From the IMG/VR virus record IMGVR_UViG_3300013749_000001, positions 1 to 37,367 of that record: 37,367 bases of DNA; one strand, written 5' to 3'. The notes beneath the pieces were generated by a model. That model searched no databases. It was not told the origin of the DNA and was given only the letters and a program-made list of their open reading frames with translations. Shown here piece after piece: positions 17,072-26,892 of this stretch. A program made the position numbers and the translations under genes. The DNA comes from a virus. The stretch's first letter is position 1; the number at the start of each line of letters is the position of its first letter.

Positions 17072-18472
17072 ATGGCTTTTTTTAACCCGCACAAGGTAGA
17101 TTTCAACTACGATACGAGGATGATAGATGCAGTCGGAGCGGTCGGCAGATCGCTCTATGAAATTTACAAGGACAACGTGGCGAAAGATCAAAATCAGGCG
17201 CGCCTTGACGAGACGAACCGCGCAAATTTGATGAAAGAATACCTATACGGGCATAAAAATCAAGAAACCGCGCGGCACAATCAAACAATCGAAGCCGAAA
17301 CCTCAAAGAAAAACGCTTTCGATCAGGATTTGGGGCTGAGGAATTTTTACAGCACCGACGCGCTACGCAGGGCTCAAATCAATAATCTATACGCCGACAA
17401 CGCAAGGCAGAACACGCAGTTGCAATGGAATATCAACCAAGCGCGAGATAAAGCCCAAGCCGAGCAGGAAAAGCAGGCGGGCATAGATATGGCGTGGTAT
17501 AACGCAGGGCAACAAGGCGGGCAGTTTAAGGATCAAGCCCCGAATTTGAGCGACGCGGACAAGAGAAATCTAGGCAGGCAGTATAGGTTGCAAATCGAAG
17601 CGCAAGGAGGGATAAACAAGGCGCAAGAGCCTATCTTAAAGCAGCAGGAGGCGCAACGCAAAGAGGAACAAGCGGCGAAAACAAATGATTTTCTTTTTAA
17701 TCAAATGGGTGGGCAAATTCCGCCGGGCATGACCGACCCGAGAGAGCAGGCTGCATATAAAGCCGCCTATGTCTCACCTGAAGCGACAAAAGCAAGAGCA
17801 GCGGGGAAAGGAGGATACCTGACGAGATTGCCAGCAGGGCAAGCTACGCGGCTGGAGAACGCCAAAACCCTATTGTCTCAATATGGAGACTACGCGAATT
17901 CCTTAGTGGGGAAAAAGGGGGATGTAACGGGACCTCTTGATGTAATAACTGCGCCGACAGCAAGGTTTTTAGGATTAAGTGATGCGGATATTGCCGATTT
18001 ATACGCGCAAAGAGACGCAATAGCCGAGAACGAAAGAGCCTTCACGAAAGGCGGCGGTTATAGAACGGCAGAAGAAGCAAAAAAGGCGCTAGACCCAGTG
18101 CATTTAAGATGGAGCACAACCAAAGCAAACGTGAACGCGAACTTACAAAAATGGCTTAAAGTTTATGACGAAACAATAAATGTTTTGCAAAAACAAAAAG
18201 ATTATGCAGGTGTTGCAGAAATTCGACAAGAAAGAGATGACTTTATAAAAACACTGCCTATAGAATTTCAACCAAAAATTTCGCAGCAACAGAACCGAGA
18301 AGCAACTCAGCTATTCATGCAAAAAATGAGTATGCCAACAAATACTGCGTCGATAAATTCTGCTCCGCAGCCGTCAGGGGGATATGCGCCCCAAAACTTA
18401 TACGATGAGATGAGCGCCTATGATGAAAACGGCGTAAGGTATGTCGGCGACGACGGATTTAATAGCTGGTAA
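17072..18472 (+). CDS. Virion protein, Gln/Asn/Ala-rich helical (466 aa)
   Basis: Structural operon. Predicted internal/ejection-type protein. Confidence 0.45.
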   Translation: MAFFNPHKVDFNYDTRMIDAVGAVGRSLYEIYKDNVAKDQNQARLDETNRANLMKEYLYGHKNQETARHNQTIEAETSKKNAFDQDLGLRNFYSTDALRRAQINNLYADNARQNTQLQWNINQARDKAQAEQEKQAGIDMAWYNAGQQGGQFKDQAPNLSDADKRNLGRQYRLQIEAQGGINKAQEPILKQQEAQRKEEQAAKTNDFLFNQMGGQIPPGMTDPREQAAYKAAYVSPEATKARAAGKGGYLTRLPAGQATRLENAKTLLSQYGDYANSLVGKKGDVTGPLDVITAPTARFLGLSDADIADLYAQRDAIAENERAFTKGGGYRTAEEAKKALDPVHLRWSTTKANVNANLQKWLKVYDETINVLQKQKDYAGVAEIRQERDDFIKTLPIEFQPKISQQQNREATQLFMQKMSMPTNTASINSAPQPSGGYAPQNLYDEMSAYDENGVRYVGDDGFNSW

Positions 18473-18481
18473 GGAGAGAAT

Positions 18482-21400
18482 ATGACCCCTAGAGAATATT
18501 TAGGCAACGATACGATCGCGAAATTCCAAGCAATGGGATATACGACGGAGCAAATTAAGGGCTACGCCCGCCAAAAATATATTAAAGAATTTGGCAGGGA
18601 GCCGAGTAACGAAACGCAGCAGGCAAGCTTAACCCCACAACAAAACACGGCAGTCGCGCCTCAACAAAACGCGACTGCAGTGCAAAATACGCAGCAGAAT
18701 TTTCAAATGCCGAGCGAATACGCTAATACCACGCGCATAAATTATACGCCCGAGGCGGCTCGCGAGATGTTAGCGAACGTCAAACCCGCGCAGCCTATTA
18801 TAGGGAAAGATCAATTTTCCAATCCGCAGCAAGAGGAGAAACAATACGACGACGCATACCGCGCCCTCTATGCGGGCGCCTCCAGCGCTAGAAAGGATGA
18901 GGAGCTAAGAGATAAAATTGCCCTTGCTCAAAATACCACCATTTGGCAAAAGCTGACGGGCGGAAAGAAAGAAGCCGAGGAGCTACAAAAAGACCTAGAT
19001 TACATCGCGAAAAATGCAGGATATGAGCTTGGCGCAGTGCAGACGGACGACGGTAAAATTTACTTCGGAACTACAGATGCCAAAGGTAACCCCATAGCAA
19101 AAGAACTTACGCCCGGCATTCTTAATAATCTAGCGGCAAATAAAGGCGAGATCATCGGCGGCATAACCGCAACGGCGCTAGCGCCTTTTACGGGCGGAGG
19201 AAGCTTTTTGCCTCTGCTCGGGGCGAGCGCTACTGGAACGGCGCTCGGCTCTATGAGCGATCTATACCGAAAAGGCGAAGCGACGGGTAGAGAATACGAC
19301 GCGGGAGACTATGCCGCAAGAGCGCTCCAATCTGCAGGGGCGGACGCGCTAGGAGGCGTCGCCATAAATAGCGCGGGAAAACTCGTAAAGGCTGCAGCGC
19401 CTGCGATTAAACAAGCGGGCGAGCGGATAATAAGCCCGGTAGCGAAAAACGCAGCAAAAATTGCGGATAATAACATTTTAGTAAATTTAATGCGTAGAGG
19501 CGTAACCGACAATATCGAGGGAGCCGAAGCGCAGTATATTAAATCTATGGGCGGCGAGGCGGAGGCTCTTAAAAATTTAGTTTCCACTAAAAACGCTTTG
19601 GGCGAGGAGGGATTTAAGAATTTTGCTAATTCGGAGCGATCCCTGCAAATCCCAAAAACGGGGAACGAGGCTATAGATAAAAGCATAAACTACATAAACG
19701 AAAAGGGAATTAAGCCCGCCGAACAAACTATCAGGCGCGTAATTCAAGGGGAAAATTTGAATGAAAGAGAAGCAAGCTTGCTCGCAAGCGCTCTAAGCAA
19801 CGATAAGGGCGCCGATCTAATCACAAGAAGCGTGGCGGGCGATGCCGACGCTTTCGCAAAGACCCAAAAGATTATGACGAAGCTAAACTCAAGTTTTGCA
19901 AAGAATATCAATGAGAGCTTTAAAGACACTCCGAATGTCGTGCAGGTTTTCAAAAACTACGAGGCGCGCACAAAAAATGATTTCGGAAACGTCATCAAAA
20001 CGCTTGATAATGAATTCGGCACGCTGGGGCTTGATACTCGCGCGCTATCTACTAGAGTGGGCGAGGCGCTAGAAAACACGCTACCTAAAGGCTCGCAAAT
20101 TACCAAATATGCTATGAAAGGCATACAAAAGGGAGGTCTTGAGGGCTTGCAAGATGCTAGAGCTTTTTTAAACGGGGAAATTTCTACCTTAAAAAAAGCA
20201 AATGACGCACTAAGCAGGGAGAGACTACTCGAACTAAGAGAAGCAAGGGGAATAATTGATGACGCGATAGACGGCACGCTGGATCAGTTTTCGCGAATAA
20301 ATCCCGAAGTAGGCGCAAGAGCTAAAGAGCTAATGCAGACGGCGCGCGCGGATTATAGCGCATACAAAGAGATAGAGCAAAGCGATCTATTTAAAAGACT
20401 GACGCGCGGAATGAAAACGACAGACGATCTTACTTCCGCTCTGCTTAAAAGCGCGGATAACCAAGCGGGGTTAAATTTGGATGAAGTGCTAAGCATCTTA
20501 AACCCCGCCGAGCGTGCAAACGTAGAGGGTAGCCTGCTTAAAAATATCATAGAGCGCAATACAAAAAAGGGCATAACCGATTTTGAAAAAGCTTTCGAGC
20601 AAATAGATCAAATCCCTTTTAAAAGCGAGCGCGTAGCGGGGGCCGTAGCGCAACTCAAGGAAAGCGCGCCGATCCTTAAGAATTCGGGCGAAATTTTAAA
20701 AAAGCTGTCCGAAATGACACCGAAAACCGCCGAACTACAGCAAGGTATCGGCAAATCGATTACCGGAGCGTTTCAGGTAATGTGGAGAAACCGGATCGTC
20801 AATAAACTAAAATCTAAAATTCCTCATTTCGGCGATAATCAAGCTTTAAAAAACCATATCGTAAACGCCCTAAAGAATGCGGGCGATTTAGAGGGCGCGA
20901 TAAAAAATATCGAGGCGATACCTACGGAGGGCTTAGATAGCGCGACCAAAGAGGGGTTAAGCAAATTCGTAAAAGAGGTAATCCCTGAAATCAGGCAAAT
21001 TTTAAAAACCCAAGAGGATGACGCCGTAAAGGCTAAATTTAACCCCGAGGAATTAAAAAAGGCGTTGATAGATCCAAGCCGAAGCGATCGAGAAAAGATA
21101 AATCTAGTCGAAATGGCTAAAAAGCAGATCAAAGAGGAGCTAGACGAAAAAGCAGGTAAGGTCGCTAAGAGCGAGCTTGTCAAGCAGGGCGAGGGTTTTA
21201 CGATGAAAGACGGCGGTAAGCCCTATCAATACGCGCAGCAGACATTTAAACCCGAGCAGTGGATCAATGATTTAAGCGGAATTCTGACCGACGAATGGGC
21301 CGCAAATTTAAAAAGCCTTGCGGTAAAACACCCCGAGATGTTTAAGAGCGAAGCGGATGTCTTTAGAGTAATCAAGGAGATTAAAAATAATCCTACTCAC

Positions 21401-21844
21401 TTTTTAGAAAACACGAAAGATGATGTTGCGCTCATAGCCAAAAGACTGAATGATAATAAGGCTGCGAATATCGGGGTGCAAAAAGAGACCGGCAAGATAA
21501 TTCACGCAAATAAAACCGATGGGCGAGATTTAAATAGGCTTGTAAATAGGCAGAAAAGGCTTAGAAAAGAAAAAGGGAAACCTGCCGCGACGCCAGCTGC
21601 GGCAACCTCTCTAAAAAAGGAGGATGGCGAATTATTAAAGTCTCCCAATAAGCCTATTATACCACAAAATCTCAAAAATGCATCAATCGATGAGTGGCAA
21701 AGCGAAATTTCTAAAGCCAGAGACGATTGGAACGGGCTAAAACGCCTGATGGATCAGATCAAGCAAAACGAAACGCTAGGGCAAAACGAAAGAGCTAAGC
21801 TATACGTAGATATAAGCGAGCGGATGAAAAAGATAGGAAAATAA
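18482..21844 (+). CDS. Large helical virion protein (1120 aa; internal core/ejection or tail protein)
   Basis: Largest ORF, alpha-helical and low in Cys. Sits before the capsid gene, like podovirus internal core proteins. Confidence 0.5.
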   Translation: MTPREYLGNDTIAKFQAMGYTTEQIKGYARQKYIKEFGREPSNETQQASLTPQQNTAVAPQQNATAVQNTQQNFQMPSEYANTTRINYTPEAAREMLANVKPAQPIIGKDQFSNPQQEEKQYDDAYRALYAGASSARKDEELRDKIALAQNTTIWQKLTGGKKEAEELQKDLDYIAKNAGYELGAVQTDDGKIYFGTTDAKGNPIAKELTPGILNNLAANKGEIIGGITATALAPFTGGGSFLPLLGASATGTALGSMSDLYRKGEATGREYDAGDYAARALQSAGADALGGVAINSAGKLVKAAAPAIKQAGERIISPVAKNAAKIADNNILVNLMRRGVTDNIEGAEAQYIKSMGGEAEALKNLVSTKNALGEEGFKNFANSERSLQIPKTGNEAIDKSINYINEKGIKPAEQTIRRVIQGENLNEREASLLASALSNDKGADLITRSVAGDADAFAKTQKIMTKLNSSFAKNINESFKDTPNVVQVFKNYEARTKNDFGNVIKTLDNEFGTLGLDTRALSTRVGEALENTLPKGSQITKYAMKGIQKGGLEGLQDARAFLNGEISTLKKANDALSRERLLELREARGIIDDAIDGTLDQFSRINPEVGARAKELMQTARADYSAYKEIEQSDLFKRLTRGMKTTDDLTSALLKSADNQAGLNLDEVLSILNPAERANVEGSLLKNIIERNTKKGITDFEKAFEQIDQIPFKSERVAGAVAQLKESAPILKNSGEILKKLSEMTPKTAELQQGIGKSITGAFQVMWRNRIVNKLKSKIPHFGDNQALKNHIVNALKNAGDLEGAIKNIEAIPTEGLDSATKEGLSKFVKEVIPEIRQILKTQEDDAVKAKFNPEELKKALIDPSRSDREKINLVEMAKKQIKEELDEKAGKVAKSELVKQGEGFTMKDGGKPYQYAQQTFKPEQWINDLSGILTDEWAANLKSLAVKHPEMFKSEADVFRVIKEIKNNPTHFLENTKDDVALIAKRLNDNKAANIGVQKETGKIIHANKTDGRDLNRLVNRQKRLRKEKGKPAATPAAATSLKKEDGELLKSPNKPIIPQNLKNASIDEWQSEISKARDDWNGLKRLMDQIKQNETLGQNERAKLYVDISERMKKIGK

Positions 21845-21848
21845 TTCA

Positions 21849-21871
21849 GGCGCGGGGCTGTACCTCGCGCC
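21849..21871 (+). terminator. GC hairpin GGCGCG-n11-CGCGCC just after the 1120-aa gene stop
   Basis: Read directly. No T-tract follows, so this is weak. Confidence 0.25.
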
Positions 21872-22037
21872 AATAGCCTAGCTCGAACGGATCTTACTAG
21901 ACGAACCATACGATTATATCAAATTTTATTAAAAATCCTTCAAATTTAATCTAAAAATACCAAAGAGTGCGTTTTATGGGTAGATTACGCACCCGCACTT
22001 GCGCGAAAATTGCCTTAACTTTCAAAAGGAGAACGTT

Positions 22038-23024
22038 ATGGCAATCACATCTACGGGCTTTCAAGCCCCAGCAACAAAAAGAGAAGGGTTAAAGCCCTCC
22101 GTCTACGATAGCATAATCCTAATCGGAGCGGACGACACCCCCGTCTTAAGTCTCATCGGAACTTCAAACGTTACGAACACGGAACATAGTTGGCTAACCG
22201 ACAATATCGCGGCGCCCAAAAAGAACGCACAGCTTGAGATTAGCGATTTCGCCGATGATCGAAAATCGACTATTCAAAAAACGACCGACAGCGTGCAAAT
22301 TTTCACTACCAACATAAGCGTGTCTTACACGATGCAGAAGGTAGCCACCTATGGCGGAAAAGAGATGGAGCGCGAAACGGCTAAGCGCGCCAAAGAGCAT
22401 AAGCGCGATATGGAATACGCCCTATTCGGCTTAGGTCGCGATACTGACACCAAAACATCCATATTCAAAGCTCCTACTCCACGAACCGATACGGTAGCGG
22501 GCGAGATGGCAGGAATGTTTTATTATATTTCCAAAGGAGAGGCGGCATTTGCTAACGGCAGACGCGGTAATGTCCTTGCTTTCGATAGCAAAAACGACTG
22601 GACCGGCACGCCTACGGTTTTAACAGAAGACGCCTTAAACAAAATTTTACAAAACATTTGGGATGCGGGCGCGACGCCTAAAGACGTATTCATAGGCGCT
22701 AAGCTCAAAAAGGCGATCAATGCTTTTGCCACCCGCCAATTCGGCAACGAAAAAAGCATCAATTCAAGCGTCGTAAGCCTTGATACCGACTTCGGGAAGG
22801 TAAATTTTAGGCTTCATAGGTACTTGTCCGAGCAAAATAAGCTAGACGATGTGCTGATTGCGGGCGACTTTAGCTTTATGAAAAACGGGCTTTTGATCCC
22901 TACTATGATCGAGAACGTAACCACGAGCAAGACCGCAAAACAAAAGCGCTACTACACCGAAGCGACGCTTGAGGTACGAAATGCGGATGCTTTTGCAATC
23001 GGCGTAGGCTTAAAGGTTAAATAA
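22038..23024 (+). CDS. Major capsid protein (putative)
   Basis: Strong RBS AAAAGGAGAA. A 190-nt structured leader. 328 aa, Thr/Ser/Val/Gly-rich, beta-type composition. Confidence 0.5.
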   Translation: MAITSTGFQAPATKREGLKPSVYDSIILIGADDTPVLSLIGTSNVTNTEHSWLTDNIAAPKKNAQLEISDFADDRKSTIQKTTDSVQIFTTNISVSYTMQKVATYGGKEMERETAKRAKEHKRDMEYALFGLGRDTDTKTSIFKAPTPRTDTVAGEMAGMFYYISKGEAAFANGRRGNVLAFDSKNDWTGTPTVLTEDALNKILQNIWDAGATPKDVFIGAKLKKAINAFATRQFGNEKSINSSVVSLDTDFGKVNFRLHRYLSEQNKLDDVLIAGDFSFMKNGLLIPTMIENVTTSKTAKQKRYYTEATLEVRNADAFAIGVGLKVK

Positions 23025-23407
23025 TGACATCGAAATTCGCAAAAGAATTTCTAACTCATAAGATCGTGGGCGGCAAAAAAATGCCGCCCGATGAGATATT
23101 GTCCGAAATGTTTTTAGAAGCCATGCTGTGGACGGCGAACAAATGCACGCCTAGCGAATTATTGCGCAGCGTAGAGCGTGAACGAGTATATAGAAACGTC
23201 GCGAACGGCTTTTATATCACATACCCCGACAAGCCAAATTTCAGCAATGAAAAAGAGCATATTATGATCGATGAGAGCCTAACATACGCGGTAATCAACT
23301 ATGTGGCGTTTATCATCAATCAAGACGCTTTTTATAGGGATTTGGCGCTTGAAATCATTTCGGATTATATCGCAAACGACGGCAAGGAAAGGATATTCGA
23401 TGACTGA
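23024..23407 (+). CDS. Hypothetical structural protein (127 aa)
   Basis: Coupled to the capsid stop (TAATG). Confidence 0.4.
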   Translation: MTSKFAKEFLTHKIVGGKKMPPDEILSEMFLEAMLWTANKCTPSELLRSVERERVYRNVANGFYITYPDKPNFSNEKEHIMIDESLTYAVINYVAFIINQDAFYRDLALEIISDYIANDGKERIFDD

Positions 23408-23540
23408 GGAGGAATTTAATACAGCGCTTTTAAACGCCGAGGCAATATCGGACATCGATATTTTAGAGCTGTTGCGGGCTTTAGCGGAGCGGCTAAAAAT
23501 CCTTAATGCTCTCATCGCCGCAAGCATATTAAAGGGGTAA
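23400..23540 (+). CDS. Small protein (46 aa, MTEEEFNTALL...)
   Basis: ATGA overlap with the upstream stop. GAGGAGG follows the start. Confidence 0.3.
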   Translation: MTEEEFNTALLNAEAISDIDILELLRALAERLKILNALIAASILKG

Positions 23541-23542
23541 AA

Positions 23543-24619
23543 ATGGTATCGATTTATGAACTCAAACTGGGGGCCGAAAAGCTTGAAATTTTAAAAGCTC
23601 TAAGCGCGGAAATAGAAAAAGCGATCGCTTCTATCGGCAAGATCGACAATAGCCGCCTAAATGCTATCTATAACGACATACTAGAAAAAGCAAATCAGGT
23701 CTTGCAAGATAAAAATTTCGTCCAAGAGCTTAAGGACAAGGTGGATGTCGCGCATAAAGACATTTCAGAAAAAGCCGCCTCGATAAATCAAAAATTCGAG
23801 CAGCAGCAAGCCCTATTGCAAAGCATGCAAAAGCTAAAAGCGGAGATAGAGGAACTCTTAAAAAGCGGACTTATCGACGATACTGCAGAAAAAACTACGA
23901 CCACCTATTCGAGCAAAAAGATCGGGGATATGCTGAAATTAAAAACCGATACAAGGGATTTTGACGATTTAAAAAGCACCGTCGGTGATAAGCTCGGCAA
24001 AGACGAGCAAGCCGCAGATAGCGCAAAACTGGGAGGAAGCCCCGCAAACGATTATGCGTTAAAGACCCAAATAAACACGCTAGAAACAAAACTTGCAAAC
24101 AAACTGGGAAAAAACGAGCAGGCGGCGGATAGCGCGAAACTCGGCGGGCTTGCCGCCGATAAGTATGCCAAAACCGAGGATATCCCCGCATCTCCGCAAG
24201 CCGCCACCGAAACAAAGGCAGGTATCGTAAAACTCAAAAATTCCATCACGGGGAGCTTGGCAGATACGGCGGTTTCCGAAAAGGCGATAACAGATTTTTT
24301 CAATTCAAAATTTGCATCCTCCAAAAACCCCGCAGGATACACAAAGCTACCAAACGGGCTGATTTTTCAGTGGGGAAATGTTGCGGAAGTTCCCGCAGAC
24401 GGGAGAAAAAAAGCGATTTTTCCGATAGCGTTTCCGACGGCTTGCCTGAACGCAAGCGTAACCTATGAAGCGGTTTCGGCCGCAGGGGCAGACCATGGCG
24501 GAATGGCTTGCTTGGCAAATATAAGCCCCTCTCAAATGGACGTAGAATATCAGGCCCTAACCGAGGGCTACGCAAATCAGCCGACGGCAACCATATATTG
24601 GTTCGCAATAGGATACTAG
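23543..24619 (+). CDS. Tail fibre protein
   Basis: Tandem internal repeats GKDEQAADSAKLGGSPANDYA and GKNEQAADSAKLGGLAADKYA are typical of phage tail-fibre repeat motifs. Confidence 0.6.
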   Translation: MVSIYELKLGAEKLEILKALSAEIEKAIASIGKIDNSRLNAIYNDILEKANQVLQDKNFVQELKDKVDVAHKDISEKAASINQKFEQQQALLQSMQKLKAEIEELLKSGLIDDTAEKTTTTYSSKKIGDMLKLKTDTRDFDDLKSTVGDKLGKDEQAADSAKLGGSPANDYALKTQINTLETKLANKLGKNEQAADSAKLGGLAADKYAKTEDIPASPQAATETKAGIVKLKNSITGSLADTAVSEKAITDFFNSKFASSKNPAGYTKLPNGLIFQWGNVAEVPADGRKKAIFPIAFPTACLNASVTYEAVSAAGADHGGMACLANISPSQMDVEYQALTEGYANQPTATIYWFAIGY

Positions 24620-24628
24620 GAGTAAAAG

Positions 24629-25183
24629 ATGAAATATGTAAATTATGATAAAAAATCAAATGAGATACTGGGATACTATGATAGCAAGATACACGAAAAT
24701 ATCCCTACTCCTAACGTAGAAATAAGCGAGGAGCAATGGGTAAAAGCTCTCAATATGGGCGCTACTCATATCGACCCAAAAACGCTTGAGCTTAGCATAA
24801 AAATAGAGGAGCCCTCGATCGAGCAACTTCGCGAAACAAAGACCGCAGAGCTTGCAAGATGGACGCACGATATGGGCGATAGTTGCAAGATCGATCTTAA
24901 GAATTTCGGCATCATAAACGGAGGCTATCGCTATCTGCTGAATGTCGAGGCTATGATCGACACCTTCGATAGCCTCGAAATTCGTGCATTTCGCATGTAT
25001 GACAACACGATGAAAAAAATTGGCGGCCAAGAGGAGCTAAAGCGTATCAAAAAGGCAATTCAGCTGGGAGGTCAAAAACTCCATACCCTAAAATGGCAAT
25101 ATGAGCTGAAAATTTCAAAAGCCAAGGATAAAAAAGAGCTAGACGCCATAGTATTCACCGATACGATCGAGGTGACGTTATGA
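24629..25183 (+). CDS. Hypothetical protein downstream of the tail fibre (possible assembly/chaperone), 184 aa
   Basis: Position only. Confidence 0.35.
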   Translation: MKYVNYDKKSNEILGYYDSKIHENIPTPNVEISEEQWVKALNMGATHIDPKTLELSIKIEEPSIEQLRETKTAELARWTHDMGDSCKIDLKNFGIINGGYRYLLNVEAMIDTFDSLEIRAFRMYDNTMKKIGGQEELKRIKKAIQLGGQKLHTLKWQYELKISKAKDKKELDAIVFTDTIEVTL

Positions 25184-25434
25184 GCTACCTTTTGATCTTT
25201 ATCTCTGCGTTTGTCCTCGGAATTTTGGCGTGCCCTATCGCGATTTTCCTGCGCGCTAGAAAGTGCGACCAATGGGATCGCTCCAATATGATGAATATCC
25301 TTCGGGTGTTCGCGCACCTTGCGACGCATCCCGACGACTTTGCGAAATTTCGCTACGAGGACGGCAAGAAGCCCTTTTGGTATCTAGGTAGCGATGAATT
25401 CGCTGATGTCGTAAAAACTCGCCCGAGGGAGTGA
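25180..25434 (+). CDS. Small membrane protein (84 aa, N-terminal TM)
   Basis: MSYLLIFISAFVLGILACPIAIFL is hydrophobic. Confidence 0.4.
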   Translation: MSYLLIFISAFVLGILACPIAIFLRARKCDQWDRSNMMNILRVFAHLATHPDDFAKFRYEDGKKPFWYLGSDEFADVVKTRPRE

Positions 25435-25796
25435 TGATGAACTTTAAAATTTATCTCGGAATTATCGGCGCGCTGATCGTAGTCATCCTCGGGCTGCTCG
25501 GGATAAACCACTCTCGCGCCGCGAAGATCGAGGAGTTGCGAAACGAGCTTGCCGCCGCTACCGCACAGGGGCAAATTTATGCGGCAAATTTGAGTGAATG
25601 CAATGCGCACATCGATCTGCAAAACGCGCAAATAAAGGCAATGGCTCTTGCTAATGAAAACCTAAAAGCCCGCGAGCCTATCATCGAAAAAGAGATACAG
25701 ACGAGATACGAAAAGATAGAGGTGCCGATAAAAGATGATAAGTGCGAGAAAAAGCTTAAATTCTATGAAAAAATATTTAGGGAGCTTGCCCGATGA
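25431..25796 (+). CDS. i-spanin-like protein (N-terminal TM plus coiled coil)
   Basis: N-terminal hydrophobic helix (FKIYLGIIGALIVVILGLLG), then a coiled coil. Overlaps the following lipoprotein gene. Confidence 0.5.
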   Translation: MMMNFKIYLGIIGALIVVILGLLGINHSRAAKIEELRNELAAATAQGQIYAANLSECNAHIDLQNAQIKAMALANENLKAREPIIEKEIQTRYEKIEVPIKDDKCEKKLKFYEKIFRELAR

Positions 25797-26146
25797 AAAC
25801 GAATTGGATCTACGTGCCCGAGTATCGCGGGCCGCTACGAAAGACGTTCCTGATCGACAAAAACTACCGCCGCGCCCTTGAAAAACACGAGCGCGAATAC
25901 AATATCAGGTTTGTCCTCTTTCTCATAGGGCTTGCGCTGTGCGTATTTCTAAGCGGATGCGCGGCCAAAGAGCCTATAGTGCGCACGGAGTATAAAAACG
26001 TCTATATCCCGATCAAGTGCGAAGTGAAAATCCCCGTAAAGCCTAAATTTGATCCGAATAATATGCAAAGCGCGGTCGAGCTGGCAAAATATTATGAAAC
26101 CTGCGAAGCGCTCCTGAAGGAGTGCGCGAATGTGGGGGATAGATAA
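25793..26146 (+). CDS. o-spanin-like lipoprotein (lipobox LSGC)
   Basis: FVLFLIGLALCVFLSGCAAK is a signal/lipobox, although it lies about 55 aa in. The true start may be downstream. Confidence 0.4.
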   Translation: MKTNWIYVPEYRGPLRKTFLIDKNYRRALEKHEREYNIRFVLFLIGLALCVFLSGCAAKEPIVRTEYKNVYIPIKCEVKIPVKPKFDPNNMQSAVELAKYYETCEALLKECANVGDR

Positions 26147-26492
26147 GGACGTGTGGAACTACATGCTCTTAGGCATCACGAGCTTTTTAGGCTCGATGCT
26201 AGGTATCGGCAGCGGCAACATAAAACTGCACGGAGAGGGCAAACCCAAAATGCTATCGTGGATCGTAGCGATAGGCTCATCTATGCTTTTTGCATTCGTG
26301 GGATACGAGGTGCTTTGCGAGCTATTAGAGGGCAAACATAAGCTCTGTATCGCGCTTAGCGGAGCGATAGCGTGGTTCGGGGCCGATTGGATCAGGATCA
26401 AGATAGACGCCTTCGTATCCAAAAAGATCGATAACGTAGGCAGAGATTTTAATAATTATGAAGGAGCAGACTATGAAAATCAAGATAAATAG
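26130..26492 (+). CDS. Holin-like protein (3 predicted TM)
   Basis: 120 aa with three hydrophobic helices and a charged C-terminus. Sits in the lysis cassette. Confidence 0.45.
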   Translation: MWGIDKDVWNYMLLGITSFLGSMLGIGSGNIKLHGEGKPKMLSWIVAIGSSMLFAFVGYEVLCELLEGKHKLCIALSGAIAWFGADWIRIKIDAFVSKKIDNVGRDFNNYEGADYENQDK

Positions 26493-26892
26493 ATTTAAAA
26501 ATATCTATGACGGCACGATTGGAAAACTCACGATCATGGACGACGGAAAGAGGCTTTTTGAATGCTTCACCCTAGAGCCCGCGGGAGGAGACACTACACA
26601 GAGAGGCAAAGATAGACGCATACCCGCGGGGCGCTATAAAATGCAGTGGTATGCTAGCCCGAGCCAGAAGCGAATGTGTCCGCTTCTATGGAACGAGAGC
26701 GTGCCGAAAGAGCGCTACATCCTCATCCACCCCGGTAACTTCCCGAAAGATACGGCGGGATGTATCCTTGTAGGCGACGGATACAGCTCTGCGGGGGTCA
26801 ACAACTCGGTGCAAACATACAATGCGTTTTTTAAAATTTGCACGGGCAAGCACATAGAATTTATCGAAATCGCGAATGAGGAGGGGATATGA
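26473..26892 (+). CDS. Hypothetical lysis-cassette protein with an H...GC motif (possible L,D-transpeptidase-fold cell-wall enzyme)
   Basis: ILIHPGNFPKDTAGCILVG has His then Cys in YkuD-like order. RBS GAAGGAGCAG sits before the second Met. Confidence 0.3.
   Translation: MKIKINRFKNIYDGTIGKLTIMDDGKRLFECFTLEPAGGDTTQRGKDRRIPAGRYKMQWYASPSQKRMCPLLWNESVPKERYILIHPGNFPKDTAGCILVGDGYSSAGVNNSVQTYNAFFKICTGKHIEFIEIANEEGI

Noticed and set aside
19309-21183. Several 70 to 125-aa minus-strand ORFs inside the 1120-aa virion gene, and similar antisense ORFs inside TerL, portal and tail fibre
   Set aside because: Antisense to long, well-supported genes. Typical frame artefacts of Ala/Ser-rich sequence. No RBS.
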